From a virus (Duplodnaviria; Heunggongvirae; Uroviricota; Caudoviricetes), in the IMG/VR virus record IMGVR_UViG_3300008267_000017, positions 1-64,000 of that record: DNA of 64,000 bases. One strand, given 5' to 3'. How positions within the stretch are numbered: the stretch's first letter is position 1; the number at the start of each line of letters is the position of its first letter. Below, piece by piece: positions 1 through 8,455 of this stretch. The notes below the pieces were generated by a model. That model was given only the letters and a program-made list of their open reading frames with translations. It was not told the DNA's origin and ran no database searches. The position numbers and the translations under genes are program-made.

Positions 1-102
1 TACACGTTCCTATTTCTAGGCTTCGCTCGGTATTGTCCGTTCTGGAGTTTCACCGAATTAGAGAGATTATTCGACACACCTTTCGGTGTGAAGCCACCAA
101 CA
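1..102 (-). mobile_element. possible 5' portion of a group I intron (or other insertion) interrupting the DNA polymerase gene immediately after the His codon of motif C (HDE)
   Basis: The polymerase ORF stops at 100-102 right after ...LLGQFH, where T7-type polymerases continue HDE. Downstream RNA has a GAAA-tetraloop hairpin (CACACC GAAA GGUGUG) and a second hairpin (CGAAU...AUUCG). The exon ends in U, and CCAU can pair with GUGG to give a P1-like U.G pair. Only about 100 nt are visible. Confidence 0.3.
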
Positions 103-1389
103 TTAATGGAACTGACCAAGCAACTTAAACTCCAACCCACGTTGCTTTGCAAGCTTGTTACAATGCCACAACCACAAATCTAAAATATATGCTCCTGTAC
201 CTTGAATCAATGTACTAAAACGATCTTTGTCAGATCGCAAAGAGTACCAGAACTTATTGATAGGATTTAGCTGCCAATCCCCAAAAGATGTTTTCTTTAC
301 AGTCATCATCTTAGAAATCTTCTCAATACTCCAATTCAGTTTGTGATAACCTTCATGAAGCTTCTTAGCCACCTTCTCAGATACCTTAGCTGTCCTTGCA
401 ATTGTCTTCACACCAGCTCCGTACTGGCAAGCGTAATTTGTAGACTTCCCTGCAGCACGAATGTCATCAAGTCGTCTGAACTCTGCATCACCTTCATCTG
501 TGTGCTGATCTTTGGGAAGCTTCTTATACATCTTATACCAAGCAATCTCTTCCTCTGTAATCAATCCTCCCATACCTGCAACCATTAGATGTGGGTCAAA
601 GCCATCTTCCATTTGACTCTTGACATACTCAGGGTCAATCTTCCATTGAAAGTGGTGTTTGAGGCGGTCTTCCAGAGAGGATAAATCTGATCCTAATAGA
701 GAACAGCCATCCCTAGCAACTAACAGCCCTCGAATCTGTTCACCATAAGCAACTCGCAAACTAGGAAGATTTACAAGAGTAGAGTGCTGCAGCCTCAACG
801 TATTAGTAAATCCTTGACAGCCAGCTTCCAGATATCCATCAACATGATCTCGTAAGAATCCCTTCACCATACTATTACGATGATTGAGAATACCCAAACC
901 TGCAATATGTTCAATACCTGCACACTTTGGAATCAAGTCTTTTACAGATTGACAAACTTCACCACCCTTTAAGTTTACTTGAGGAATCTGTCTTGTTGTT
1001 CCATCATCTTCACGAACAAACTTAAAGGTCTCGGCGACCCAACCTAAACTGTCCAACCATGCTTTTATTTGGGTGTGACTTGCTGGATTTCCATCTTCAT
1101 ATTCTTTGACTACTTTAATATCTTCTTTGTGCTCAAAGGGAAGTCCTAAAGATTCTGTAAGTTCCTTCCAACGCAGCCCTGTTGCAGACAGTTCACCACT
1201 TTTTGTATAGGGCTTTGCAGGACGTGAGCGAACAACATACTTAGGATTCTTAGGCATTGCAAGTCGTAGGGCATCTGTCTTTTTCTCTACTTCTACCTGC
1301 AACTCTCCTTGTAACTTCTCAGCACCCTCAACGTCAAGTTTCCACTTATTACGCTGCTGCATTACTTGCTCGTCCATCTTCCACATCAA
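103..1389 (-). CDS. family A (T7-like) DNA polymerase, polymerase-domain segment, frameshifted from the upstream exonuclease segment and truncated before motif C
   Basis: Motif A-like GSDLSSLEDRL (T7 GIDASGLELRC) and motif B-like KSTNYACQYGAG (T7 KTFIYGFLYGAG). The ORF opens with a TTG codon and has no RBS. It ends LLGQFH then stop, where HDE is expected. Confidence 0.8.
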   Translation of the reverse strand: MMWKMDEQVMQQRNKWKLDVEGAEKLQGELQVEVEKKTDALRLAMPKNPKYVVRSRPAKPYTKSGELSATGLRWKELTESLGLPFEHKEDIKVVKEYEDGNPASHTQIKAWLDSLGWVAETFKFVREDDGTTRQIPQVNLKGGEVCQSVKDLIPKCAGIEHIAGLGILNHRNSMVKGFLRDHVDGYLEAGCQGFTNTLRLQHSTLVNLPSLRVAYGEQIRGLLVARDGCSLLGSDLSSLEDRLKHHFQWKIDPEYVKSQMEDGFDPHLMVAGMGGLITEEEIAWYKMYKKLPKDQHTDEGDAEFRRLDDIRAAGKSTNYACQYGAGVKTIARTAKVSEKVAKKLHEGYHKLNWSIEKISKMMTVKKTSFGDWQLNPINKFWYSLRSDKDRFSTLIQGTGAYILDLWLWHCNKLAKQRGLEFKLLGQFH

Positions 1390-1394
1390 GAAGT

Positions 1395-1904
1395 CTACAA
1401 TGCGTTTATAGCTACCTGTTTATAGCTACCTTCTTCTTTACCGTACAACTCTTGTAGTCTTGTAACTTGACGTAGCCACAAGCGTTTCTGAATCTTACAG
1501 TCTTCAATAACACGATGGTTGTAGTCCTCTTGAGTTAAGTTTTCCCAATCAGTGATGGGTGGTTTTGGTACACCAAACTCCTCACCATATTTTTCTAAGC
1601 CATGAATAATGCGCGAAGGCTCTAAATACCATGACAGAGCGACGCTATCAATTAACTTGGAGTTGCTTGTATCAAATCCTAGGAATTGCAATGCTTCAAA
1701 GTCAAACAGCTTACCATAGTGCATCACAAGTGTGTGACCTTCATCTAAGAAATCTTGGATTCCTTGTGGATTTGTGTGTTCAAATAAAACAATCTCATCA
1801 CCTTCAATAGGTATTGCGCAGAAGTTATGAAGCCTTGGATTGGCTTGCTTCTTCATTTGGTGCAATAACCCTGTGGTTTCAATATCTGCTGCATAAATAC
1901 CCAT
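1395..1904 (-). CDS. DNA polymerase N-terminal 3'-5' exonuclease domain (segment of the family A polymerase ending at the duplication-induced stop)
   Basis: Exo I motif DIETTGL close to the N-terminus, as in T7 gp5 (DIEANAL). RBS GGGAGGT lies 6 nt before the ATG at 1904. The ORF track begins at a GTG at 1910. Confidence 0.8.
   Translation of the reverse strand: MGIYAADIETTGLLHQMKKQANPRLHNFCAIPIEGDEIVLFEHTNPQGIQDFLDEGHTLVMHYGKLFDFEALQFLGFDTSNSKLIDSVALSWYLEPSRIIHGLEKYGEEFGVPKPPITDWENLTQEDYNHRVIEDCKIQKRLWLRQVTRLQELYGKEEGSYKQVAINAL
1404..1431. repeat. perfect 14-bp tandem duplication (gtttatagctacct x2) inside the DNA polymerase gene, causing a frameshift
   Basis: Copies lie at 1404-1417 and 1418-1431. 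Deleting one copy joins ORF 1395-1910 to ORF 103-1389 in frame (...EEGSYK-RIVDFLMWKMDEQ...). Confidence 0.9.
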
Positions 1905-1916
1905 CTTCACACCTCC

Positions 1917-2150
1917 CTATTCATCATCCAAATTCCCAAGCAAAAGCTCTACCAAAGGCTCCAACAACGTCTCAGCAGCTTCTTCCCAAGCTTCGTATAA
2001 AGAACTTTCATTACCATAAGTGTAGAATACCTTTTGTCGAAATTCAAAAGCATATCTAGCAGAGTGACGACCTAATCCAAAGTTAGTAGGTGCTTCGCTG
2101 ATAAACTTAAGTCCAAATGCTTGTGCAATATCAACTTTAGTTAGTTTCAT
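1917..2150 (-). CDS. hypothetical protein
   Basis: ORF co-oriented with and abutting the polymerase start. Confidence 0.4.
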   Translation of the reverse strand: MKLTKVDIAQAFGLKFISEAPTNFGLGRHSARYAFEFRQKVFYTYGNESSLYEAWEEAAETLLEPLVELLLGNLDDE

Positions 2151-2289
2151 TTGTTATCCTTAGAAGCAATAATTTCCATGTACAAAGCGCCTACAAAGAA
2201 ATAAGTAGCTTTGCTATAGTTGTCTGTGAATGCATGATATGTTGTAAGCAGCAAGCAGAGGATGTTTAGGATTCTGTGTAAGTGGTACA

Positions 2290-2595
2290 TCATTGTTTGT
2301 CCTCCATATGAAAATATTCTTTATATCCTTCTCTCCATTCAAATACTTCTAAGCGACTCTTGAGTACATTCATTACAGCATCTTCAAACTCTCGTTGTGA
2401 AGAGAATGTTATAGCTTCTAGCAAATCATATGGTTCTTCAAAGTTCTCTTCAGGAACCCATCGTTCCATTTTGTAGTCGTCTGCAATTAAATACGAACGA
2501 GTATTTCCACAAACGGTAATAATCTTATAGCTAGCACCGTTTGTCATACAACCTTTGTAACAATCATTACATACACACTTCGCATATTTAGCCAT
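2290..2595 (-). CDS. hypothetical Cys-rich protein
   Basis: ORF in a co-oriented tight array. N-terminal CVCNDCYKGC. Confidence 0.45.
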   Translation of the reverse strand: MAKYAKCVCNDCYKGCMTNGASYKIITVCGNTRSYLIADDYKMERWVPEENFEEPYDLLEAITFSSQREFEDAVMNVLKSRLEVFEWREGYKEYFHMEDKQ

Positions 2596-2872
2596 TTTGT
2601 TTAGTCTCCTTAATTAACATTTCCAAGTGAGCTGCCATGTCTTCGTATGCATAATATTTTCCCTCAGCATACTCATTGCAATTGTGTCCATCTTCATTAC
2701 CTTTGGAATCTTCCATACCATGATTAGCAAACTCCAAAGCCTTCTTCAACATTTCCTCTGCTGAGGGCTTGACATGCTCTACATGAGAATATTTATCTCC
2801 AAACAATCCTGTAGTTCTACCCACAGAAACTACTTCATCGTTAGCTCCTTTAAATTTATGTATAGTTTTCAT
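2588..2872 (-). CDS. hypothetical protein
   Basis: Stop and start overlap with its neighbours. Confidence 0.45.
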   Translation of the reverse strand: MKTIHKFKGANDEVVSVGRTTGLFGDKYSHVEHVKPSAEEMLKKALEFANHGMEDSKGNEDGHNCNEYAEGKYYAYEDMAAHLEMLIKETKQNG

Positions 2873-3165
2873 TTAATCTCCAATAGTCTAGAATTGTTAC
2901 GATAGTATTCTGCTGTCCACTCTTTAGGAATCTCCTCACCAGCTTCCATATAACGTGTCACAGCTTCTTGTATTTCTTTCTGACGATGTTCTAGCACGAT
3001 AAACTCAGGTCGAAGTCCGATAGTGGGCTTTGCAGTTGCTGAAAGTGCAATCTTCCAAACTGGCAAATCTGTTGAAGAGAAATCTTTTCCGTTAAACCAA
3101 TGATTCTTATCCCGCACTCGCATATCAATCCTCCTTAAATAAATTAATACCGACCACACTATCAT
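2869..3165 (-). CDS. hypothetical protein
   Basis: ATGA overlap with the upstream ORF. Confidence 0.45.
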   Translation of the reverse strand: MIVWSVLIYLRRIDMRVRDKNHWFNGKDFSSTDLPVWKIALSATAKPTIGLRPEFIVLEHRQKEIQEAVTRYMEAGEEIPKEWTAEYYRNNSRLLEIK

Positions 3166-3427
3166 TAAACTTAATCTCCTCTTTAATAGCCTTCTGAATT
3201 TCTGCTAATTGCTTGAGGGATTTGGAGTTCTTTTGAATGTATTTCAAGATTCTGCTCTTTTCAGCACGACAAGCTTTTAAGTACATAGAATTTTCTGTGA
3301 GACATAAATCAGAAATCTCCATATTAGTCAATCTTAAAGAGTCTTTAAGTACACCTTGATTATATGTTAACTCGTTAATGACCTCTTTATTCCTTGCAAG
3401 CATTGATTGTAAGATGCTAGTTTTCAT
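3125..3427 (-). CDS. hypothetical protein (start refined to the internal Met carrying an AAGGAG RBS)
   Basis: AAGGAG sits 6 nt upstream of MKTSILQ. A promoter lies just upstream. Confidence 0.45.
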   Translation of the reverse strand: MKTSILQSMLARNKEVINELTYNQGVLKDSLRLTNMEISDLCLTENSMYLKACRAEKSRILKYIQKNSKSLKQLAEIQKAIKEEIKFNDSVVGINLFKED

Positions 3428-3457
3428 TTGTTCTCCTTTGTGTTGTTGACAGCTCAC

Positions 3458-3486
3458 ATAGTATAGAAAGTTTTATGAGCTGTCAA
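3458..3486 (-). promoter_or_regulatory. sigma70-like promoter (TTGACA-17-TACTAT) inside an 11-bp inverted repeat TTGACAGCTCA/TGAGCTGTCAA
   Basis: The -35 is the reverse complement of 3481-3486, the -10 of 3458-3463, with a 17-nt spacer. The palindrome spans 3446-3456 and 3476-3486. Confidence 0.4.
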
Positions 3487-3498
3487 GTGTGTTTTAGC

Positions 3499-4065
3499 TT
3501 AATCTGTAATTTCTACAGTGTAGTTCATTAATGCCTCGTAAGCTCTAGGGTCAATTTTATCTCTCCATTTTTCTGCAAGCTCTTTAGCATAAGCTTCTTT
3601 TTCCTTCTTGTAGGCGTAGAAAGCTTCTTCCTCAGTAACAAAATACCCAAGCGACTCCCTTCCGTTACCTCTGGTTATCTGCGCTTGAAACTTCTTAATC
3701 CTTTTGTGAAAACTAACACCAACAGGATATTTACCCCTCAAAGAATTAGTCAAACTTAGAAATGAATTTATGCAAGTTGGAATAAGACAACAAGTATATC
3801 CAGAGTACAATTTGTTACCCTTCACAAGTAAGTCTTTATCTAATTCATAATTACCACATGAAATTTGTGAGTAATACCAACTAGCAAAATTCTGAAAATA
3901 CAGCCACTCATCAACAACTGTACAATTTTCATAAGTTTTTCTCCTAGATAGTGACACCTTTGAGTAGCACCTACGCAGCATACTATACCAGACCATATAG
4001 GATTCACAGTTAAAATCGTACTCTCCAGTGTCCTTAACTCCAACACCCCATATCAACTTTTTCAA
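3499..4065 (-). CDS. homing-endonuclease-like protein, paralog A: degenerate HNH-like N-domain plus AP2-type DNA-binding C-domain (ends ...VEITD)
   Basis: LDKDLLVKGNKLYS resembles the HNH HIDGNKxNN block with its His residues lost. The C-terminus RGKYPVGVSF...RESLGYFVTEEEAFYAYKK is AP2-like. Paralogous to 25201-25812 and 38758-39732. Sits beside the primase-helicase. Confidence 0.6.
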   Translation of the reverse strand: MKKLIWGVGVKDTGEYDFNCESYMVWYSMLRRCYSKVSLSRRKTYENCTVVDEWLYFQNFASWYYSQISCGNYELDKDLLVKGNKLYSGYTCCLIPTCINSFLSLTNSLRGKYPVGVSFHKRIKKFQAQITRGNGRESLGYFVTEEEAFYAYKKEKEAYAKELAEKWRDKIDPRAYEALMNYTVEITD

Positions 4066-5720
4066 AAGGAAACCTCTTCATCTTCATCAGAAACAACAGC
4101 CCAAGTATCTGCATCAAGTTTGAAAGCATCAGCTACACCCAAATATGACCATGTACGATTTTTAAGCGTAACAATTCGGCAACGTCCTCGTGTACGGTCT
4201 GGCATAATCTCTGGCTCTAATGCCAAGATATTCCAACTCAAAGCCTCTAAGCTGCTGCTACCTCTCAAAGACTCTTTAGTTACTCGCACCCAAAACGGTT
4301 GATCTTCCTTACCTTTAGGTGGCTTAAAAGCATCAGCATTAGTACGATTAATATGACTAATCACGATAATACAAATATCATTAGCTGCGCAGAAAGCAGC
4401 AAGAGTGGTCATCGTCATATCTAGTTCAGCACGTTCATTAGCTACGTCTGGAGAAGTTAGAATAGAAATATGGTCTACCACAATGTAGCGACAGCCTTCT
4501 ACAAAATACATGTGCTTGATCTTGCTCATAAACTCGGACAAAGGGAGTGACCCAAAGTGATCTAACATCACAACTTTATTATCTCCAATGATATTGTCGT
4601 ACACTTTTCTAATATCTTCAAGTGAAGCAACAGAAGTTGGTTTGTTCTTAAACTCTAAGTAATTAACTTTCAGTTGTGAAGCAATCATACGTTGAAGTGT
4701 TTCTTCTGGACGTTCTTCTAAGTAAATCATCCCCACACGCTCCCCTGCAGACATAAAAGCATTCGCAAAGATAGCAGAAATTGTACTCTTGCCAACATTT
4801 GTAGGAGCACATAGTAGAGTCAGTTCACGAGTTCTAAAACCTTTGATTTGATTCATAAGCTTAGGAAACTCTGGAACCATAATACCAACAGGACGTTCTG
4901 CAATCAATTGCTCAAAACTAATATCTTCGGCTTTCAGAATCTTCTCAGCAACATATGGTTTAATTCCAAACGCAGCTAACTTAGCTAATTCCTTACTCTT
5001 ACCTTGTTGAAGATAATCAGAACAATCTTTCATTTCTACGTTATGTGGTAAGTAGAACAAAGGAGCACCCATCAGAGCATTACCTAATGCGTCTCGTGCT
5101 TCACGTCCCTTCATCATACCTTTTAACTTCTCTGCTGCTGTAGCTTCATCGTTGTCCATAGCTAAAACAATAGCATCTTTAAAAGACATCACGAAGTCTT
5201 TATTCTGAAGGACATGTTCTGTCGCAGAAGCTGTTCCAAAACCAATACTTACAACAAAGGGCTTTAAATCAGAGTAAGACGTTCCTTTTACATCGTCAAT
5301 CAACGACTGGTACAAACTGGCTGCACAGAACTCACCTTCAACAATAAACAATTTAGAATGCTTACGCTGATTTTGGTTAGCTAAAGGTTGTCCATACAAT
5401 TGCACATCCTTTTTCAAATTTCCAACTGTTGTGAAATGATACTTCTCATCTTTTGGGATGGTCATATCACGTTTCTTGAAAGCTACAAGCTCTCCCTTCT
5501 GATTGTAGTAAGGGAAATAATATGCAATATGTGTCTTCCCATCGCTAGGACTTAATGCAGTTCTAATGCCAAATAACTCACATGTTTCTTTTGTTAAACC
5601 TCGTTCTGGAATATCCATAAACGGGTACGTTAATACATCCTTCAAACTTTCCTTTGGCTCATATTTTTCTCCATTACTACTCATCTCATCTCCTTTGTTT
5701 TGTTTCCAATAACCCATCAC
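4062..5720 (-). CDS. T7 gp4-like DNA primase-helicase (TOPRIM primase domain plus DnaB-family helicase, no zinc-binding domain seen)
   Basis: TOPRIM motifs IVEGEFCAASL and LAMDNDEAT. Walker A LLCAPTNVGKST, Walker B-like IVVDHIS, and a helicase arginine-finger region. Confidence 0.85.
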   Translation of the reverse strand: MMGYWKQNKGDEMSSNGEKYEPKESLKDVLTYPFMDIPERGLTKETCELFGIRTALSPSDGKTHIAYYFPYYNQKGELVAFKKRDMTIPKDEKYHFTTVGNLKKDVQLYGQPLANQNQRKHSKLFIVEGEFCAASLYQSLIDDVKGTSYSDLKPFVVSIGFGTASATEHVLQNKDFVMSFKDAIVLAMDNDEATAAEKLKGMMKGREARDALGNALMGAPLFYLPHNVEMKDCSDYLQQGKSKELAKLAAFGIKPYVAEKILKAEDISFEQLIAERPVGIMVPEFPKLMNQIKGFRTRELTLLCAPTNVGKSTISAIFANAFMSAGERVGMIYLEERPEETLQRMIASQLKVNYLEFKNKPTSVASLEDIRKVYDNIIGDNKVVMLDHFGSLPLSEFMSKIKHMYFVEGCRYIVVDHISILTSPDVANERAELDMTMTTLAAFCAANDICIIVISHINRTNADAFKPPKGKEDQPFWVRVTKESLRGSSSLEALSWNILALEPEIMPDRTRGRCRIVTLKNRTWSYLGVADAFKLDADTWAVVSDEDEEVSF

Positions 5721-5726
5721 ATCTCC

Positions 5727-5909
5727 TTAGCAAAGATACCAATATCCAATCCCAACATCCTCAAGAATGTGTTCATCACTGAATAAGAAATCTTCAGATT
5801 CATCTCCAATGTCGTTCACAGACCTTACTTCTATGAAGCTTGTTCTATAAGTATCTAAAGGACTTCTAGAAGATAATACTTCATATACATAATATTTCTT
5901 AAAGCCCAT
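5727..5909 (-). CDS. hypothetical protein
   Basis: Small ORF between the helicase and the next gene. Confidence 0.35.
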   Translation of the reverse strand: MGFKKYYVYEVLSSRSPLDTYRTSFIEVRSVNDIGDESEDFLFSDEHILEDVGIGYWYLC

Positions 5910-6214
5910 TATAATAAGCCATCCATAGTTACTTTGTGCAGATGTGTAATTTCCTCATCCATTCTTACAATAGAATCGCAGAGCTTAATCACTTGTACAC
6001 GAGCTGACTTGAGTTCTTTCTTTAGATGCTTCAACTCTCGCTCATCTAAAATCAACTGCCTGAGAAGCTGCTTGTCTTGCTTTTGCTCAACAATAAACCG
6101 CTTATACTGAGCCTTCATAGCCCTCGTTGTAGCAAACTCACCCATTCGAGTTATTAGATATGAACGCCTTGATATCCTACTCTGCAACACACTCATCAAC
6201 TTTTGTTTGTTCAT
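5909..6214 (-). CDS. hypothetical basic, coiled-coil-like protein
   Basis: ORF in the co-oriented array. Confidence 0.4.
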   Translation of the reverse strand: MNKQKLMSVLQSRISRRSYLITRMGEFATTRAMKAQYKRFIVEQKQDKQLLRQLILDERELKHLKKELKSARVQVIKLCDSIVRMDEEITHLHKVTMDGLL

Positions 6215-6356
6215 ACATTCTCCTCATAAAACCTATCATACTCATCAGTGCCAAACTCAAGTACATAATAGTCATCACTCTTCCAGATACTGTCATACCA
6301 ATCTTCTCGGCACATCCAACCACCGTCTGCCCATACGAATATGTCTTCTAGGCTTG

Positions 6357-6878
6357 TCATGTAACACCTCCATTCTTAGCACAGTGTAATTGGTAAACAC
6401 AACGAGCATAACTGTCAGCTTCTGTCTTGTCAAGACGCTCTTCGACAAAAACTGGTAGAAACAGAGAAGCAATCTTATTATCTCGCTTAGAAATAATGTC
6501 ATTAGCTTTCACTGTAACATAAATACTATAGTCTTGTATAGTCTCTGGAGAATACATTTCCCACCAAGCTTTACGTTGATCATCCGAGAATCCTGTACCT
6601 ACGTCTGATACGAGCAACCTATCTCTAGAAGCCACTGTCAAGCTACCCATCATACCTTTATATTTGTTCGTACCTTCTGTTATACCAATCACTTCCAAAT
6701 CTACTTCAAACTCGATTTTAAGTTTTAAACAGTCTTTTGATGTCCCTGAAGACCACTTAAAATCCTTAGTTTTAATTACACACCCCTCAGAACCGTTGGA
6801 AGTATATTCTGAATAGATTGAATAAGCTTCTTCTAGTGACTCTACTTTGTATGTCTTTACCATTTTAATATTTTTCAT
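6357..6878 (-). CDS. ATP-dependent DNA ligase, C-terminal segment (motifs IV and V, OB domain), translated as a separate ORF with its own RBS
   Basis: EGCVIK (motif IV) and LKLK (motif V). GGAG RBS 8 nt upstream of its ATG, lying inside the 3' end of the HNH gene. Confidence 0.8.
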   Translation of the reverse strand: MKNIKMVKTYKVESLEEAYSIYSEYTSNGSEGCVIKTKDFKWSSGTSKDCLKLKIEFEVDLEVIGITEGTNKYKGMMGSLTVASRDRLLVSDVGTGFSDDQRKAWWEMYSPETIQDYSIYVTVKANDIISKRDNKIASLFLPVFVEERLDKTEADSYARCVYQLHCAKNGGVT

Positions 6879-6881
6879 ATT

Positions 6882-7439
6882 TTATTCTCCGTGTGTCTCA
6901 GTATACCCATAACCTAATAAATTTAACTTTTTAATTTGATTCTGCCTACACTCAATAGCAAGCCGCATTGCTTCATCTTTTCCGTATTTTATAACAGAAA
7001 ATGATTTTTGTCTCATTCTCTTATCCGTGTCATACCAAAAAGCAATATAAGCAGGAAATCTTGAATTTCTAAAATAAACCCCTGTAGTCCCTGTTGAATT
7101 ATTTGGATGCTTACTCCTGTTTCTAGCATTGTTTTCAGCCTTAACAGCTCTTATATTCTCTATTTTATTATCAGTCTTATCCCTGTTAATATGGTCTATT
7201 ACATAACCTTCCCACATGTCTTTGTTGAACATTTCATAAATTATTCTGTGTACTAGATATGTTTTACTTTTTAATTTGACATTATAGTATCCGTGAGAAC
7301 TTTGAGAAACCACTGGGTCTCCTTTATTCACTAAAACTCTTTTATAATATTCACCTGTAAATACACTGACTTGCCACCTCAAACAGCTAGGACTTGTCTC
7401 ATCATAATAAAACCAATCGTGCCAGTTAATTTCACTCAT
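6882..7439 (-). CDS. HNH homing endonuclease with AP2 DNA-binding domain, inserted between the two halves of the DNA ligase gene
   Basis: HNH core VIDHINRDKTDNKIENIRAVKAENNARN. AP2 domain GVYFRNSRFPAYIAFWYDTDKRMRQKSFSVIKYGKDEAMRLA. Its ATG lies 2 nt after the ligase-N stop, and its stop lies 3 nt before the ligase-C ATG. Confidence 0.85.
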   Translation of the reverse strand: MSEINWHDWFYYDETSPSCLRWQVSVFTGEYYKRVLVNKGDPVVSQSSHGYYNVKLKSKTYLVHRIIYEMFNKDMWEGYVIDHINRDKTDNKIENIRAVKAENNARNRSKHPNNSTGTTGVYFRNSRFPAYIAFWYDTDKRMRQKSFSVIKYGKDEAMRLAIECRQNQIKKLNLLGYGYTETHGE

Positions 7440-8280
7440 CTTTTAAAATCCTTTTCAGTGTCTCCAATCTCTCTGTATAAGGCACACTTGATTTACCAGC
7501 TTTAAATTCTGCCACTGTCAAACAATCCCAAGCTGTCAACTCAAATGCGAGATTATCCCCTACTTCCCCACCCTTAAGAACACTATTCAAAATACCATTT
7601 CCTGTCTTTCGGTCTAAAGGAACACCTAATGTAGCAGCTTCTCCATACACTAATAATTCTCCCACCACTACAAACCCTTCAGGAAGTCCTACAGCAAGCT
7701 TTTCAGCGAATTCTGGAGGATACTTGCTACCAGCTCGTGTAATCGCTTCAGGAGCCTTTCCCGCCTCTTTAACAAGGTAGCAGAAACTACCATCAAGCTT
7801 CTCTTGTACGAAGAATGACTTGAGCTTACTAAAACGCTCTTTTACTTTAACATCCATTAGTGAGCATCTTTGGTAAGGTGGAATAAAATACAAATCAGGA
7901 AACACTTTCAAAATCATTGTGTCACCTACACCAGCTCCGATAGAGCGTTTGATGAGAAGTTCTAGAAGCTCTTGACCTTGTTTGTTTAAGTGCTTATACT
8001 GATAAGTCAACCAAGTCTCTGCTTCTTTTCCAGTTACTTTACGATCTGCTAAATACCACACAACATTAGACAATATTTTAAAGTTTATATCGTGCTCTGT
8101 GTCATATTGATCTGTAACTTTAGTAATTTTTGTTTGATAATAACTAATAGCAGGGTCATACACTGCCTTCAAATAAGCCTTCAACAGCTCATTGTCCTTA
8201 TTAGCTTCCAAAATAGCTGTCTTAGCATTTGAGCCAGAAGCATTCTGCAGTTCTTTAATAATTGTATATAAATTACTCAT
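7432..8280 (-). CDS. ATP-dependent DNA ligase, N-terminal adenylation segment (motifs I, III, IIIa)
   Basis: KLDGSF (motif I KxDG) and VVGELLVYGE (motif III). Start refined to MSNLY, which has AAGAGGAG 7 nt upstream. Confidence 0.8.
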   Translation of the reverse strand: MSNLYTIIKELQNASGSNAKTAILEANKDNELLKAYLKAVYDPAISYYQTKITKVTDQYDTEHDINFKILSNVVWYLADRKVTGKEAETWLTYQYKHLNKQGQELLELLIKRSIGAGVGDTMILKVFPDLYFIPPYQRCSLMDVKVKERFSKLKSFFVQEKLDGSFCYLVKEAGKAPEAITRAGSKYPPEFAEKLAVGLPEGFVVVGELLVYGEAATLGVPLDRKTGNGILNSVLKGGEVGDNLAFELTAWDCLTVAEFKAGKSSVPYTERLETLKRILKDE

Positions 8281-8455
8281 TAACATTCTCCTCTTGATTA
8301 TCACGACCCTCATTATGCAACTGACTAGCAGCAACCTCTCGTAATACATTTAATGAATTATACATCTCTGCAGGAGTGTAGTGTTCTATATCTCTGACAA
8401 TTGCTTCTAGTTTCTTCTTGAAATAGTGAGCATCCAGTCCGTACCTGTTGTTCAT
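8273..8455 (-). CDS. hypothetical protein
   Basis: Small ORF whose stop overlaps the ligase start. Confidence 0.35.
   Translation of the reverse strand: MNNRYGLDAHYFKKKLEAIVRDIEHYTPAEMYNSLNVLREVAASQLHNEGRDNQEENVNE

Noticed and set aside
6882-7439. Intein or intron interpretation of the ligase interruption
   Set aside because: The HNH ORF is out of frame with both ligase halves, so it is not an intein. It abuts them within 2-3 nt, so there is no room for a group I or II ribozyme. A free-standing HEG splitting the gene is the simplest reading.
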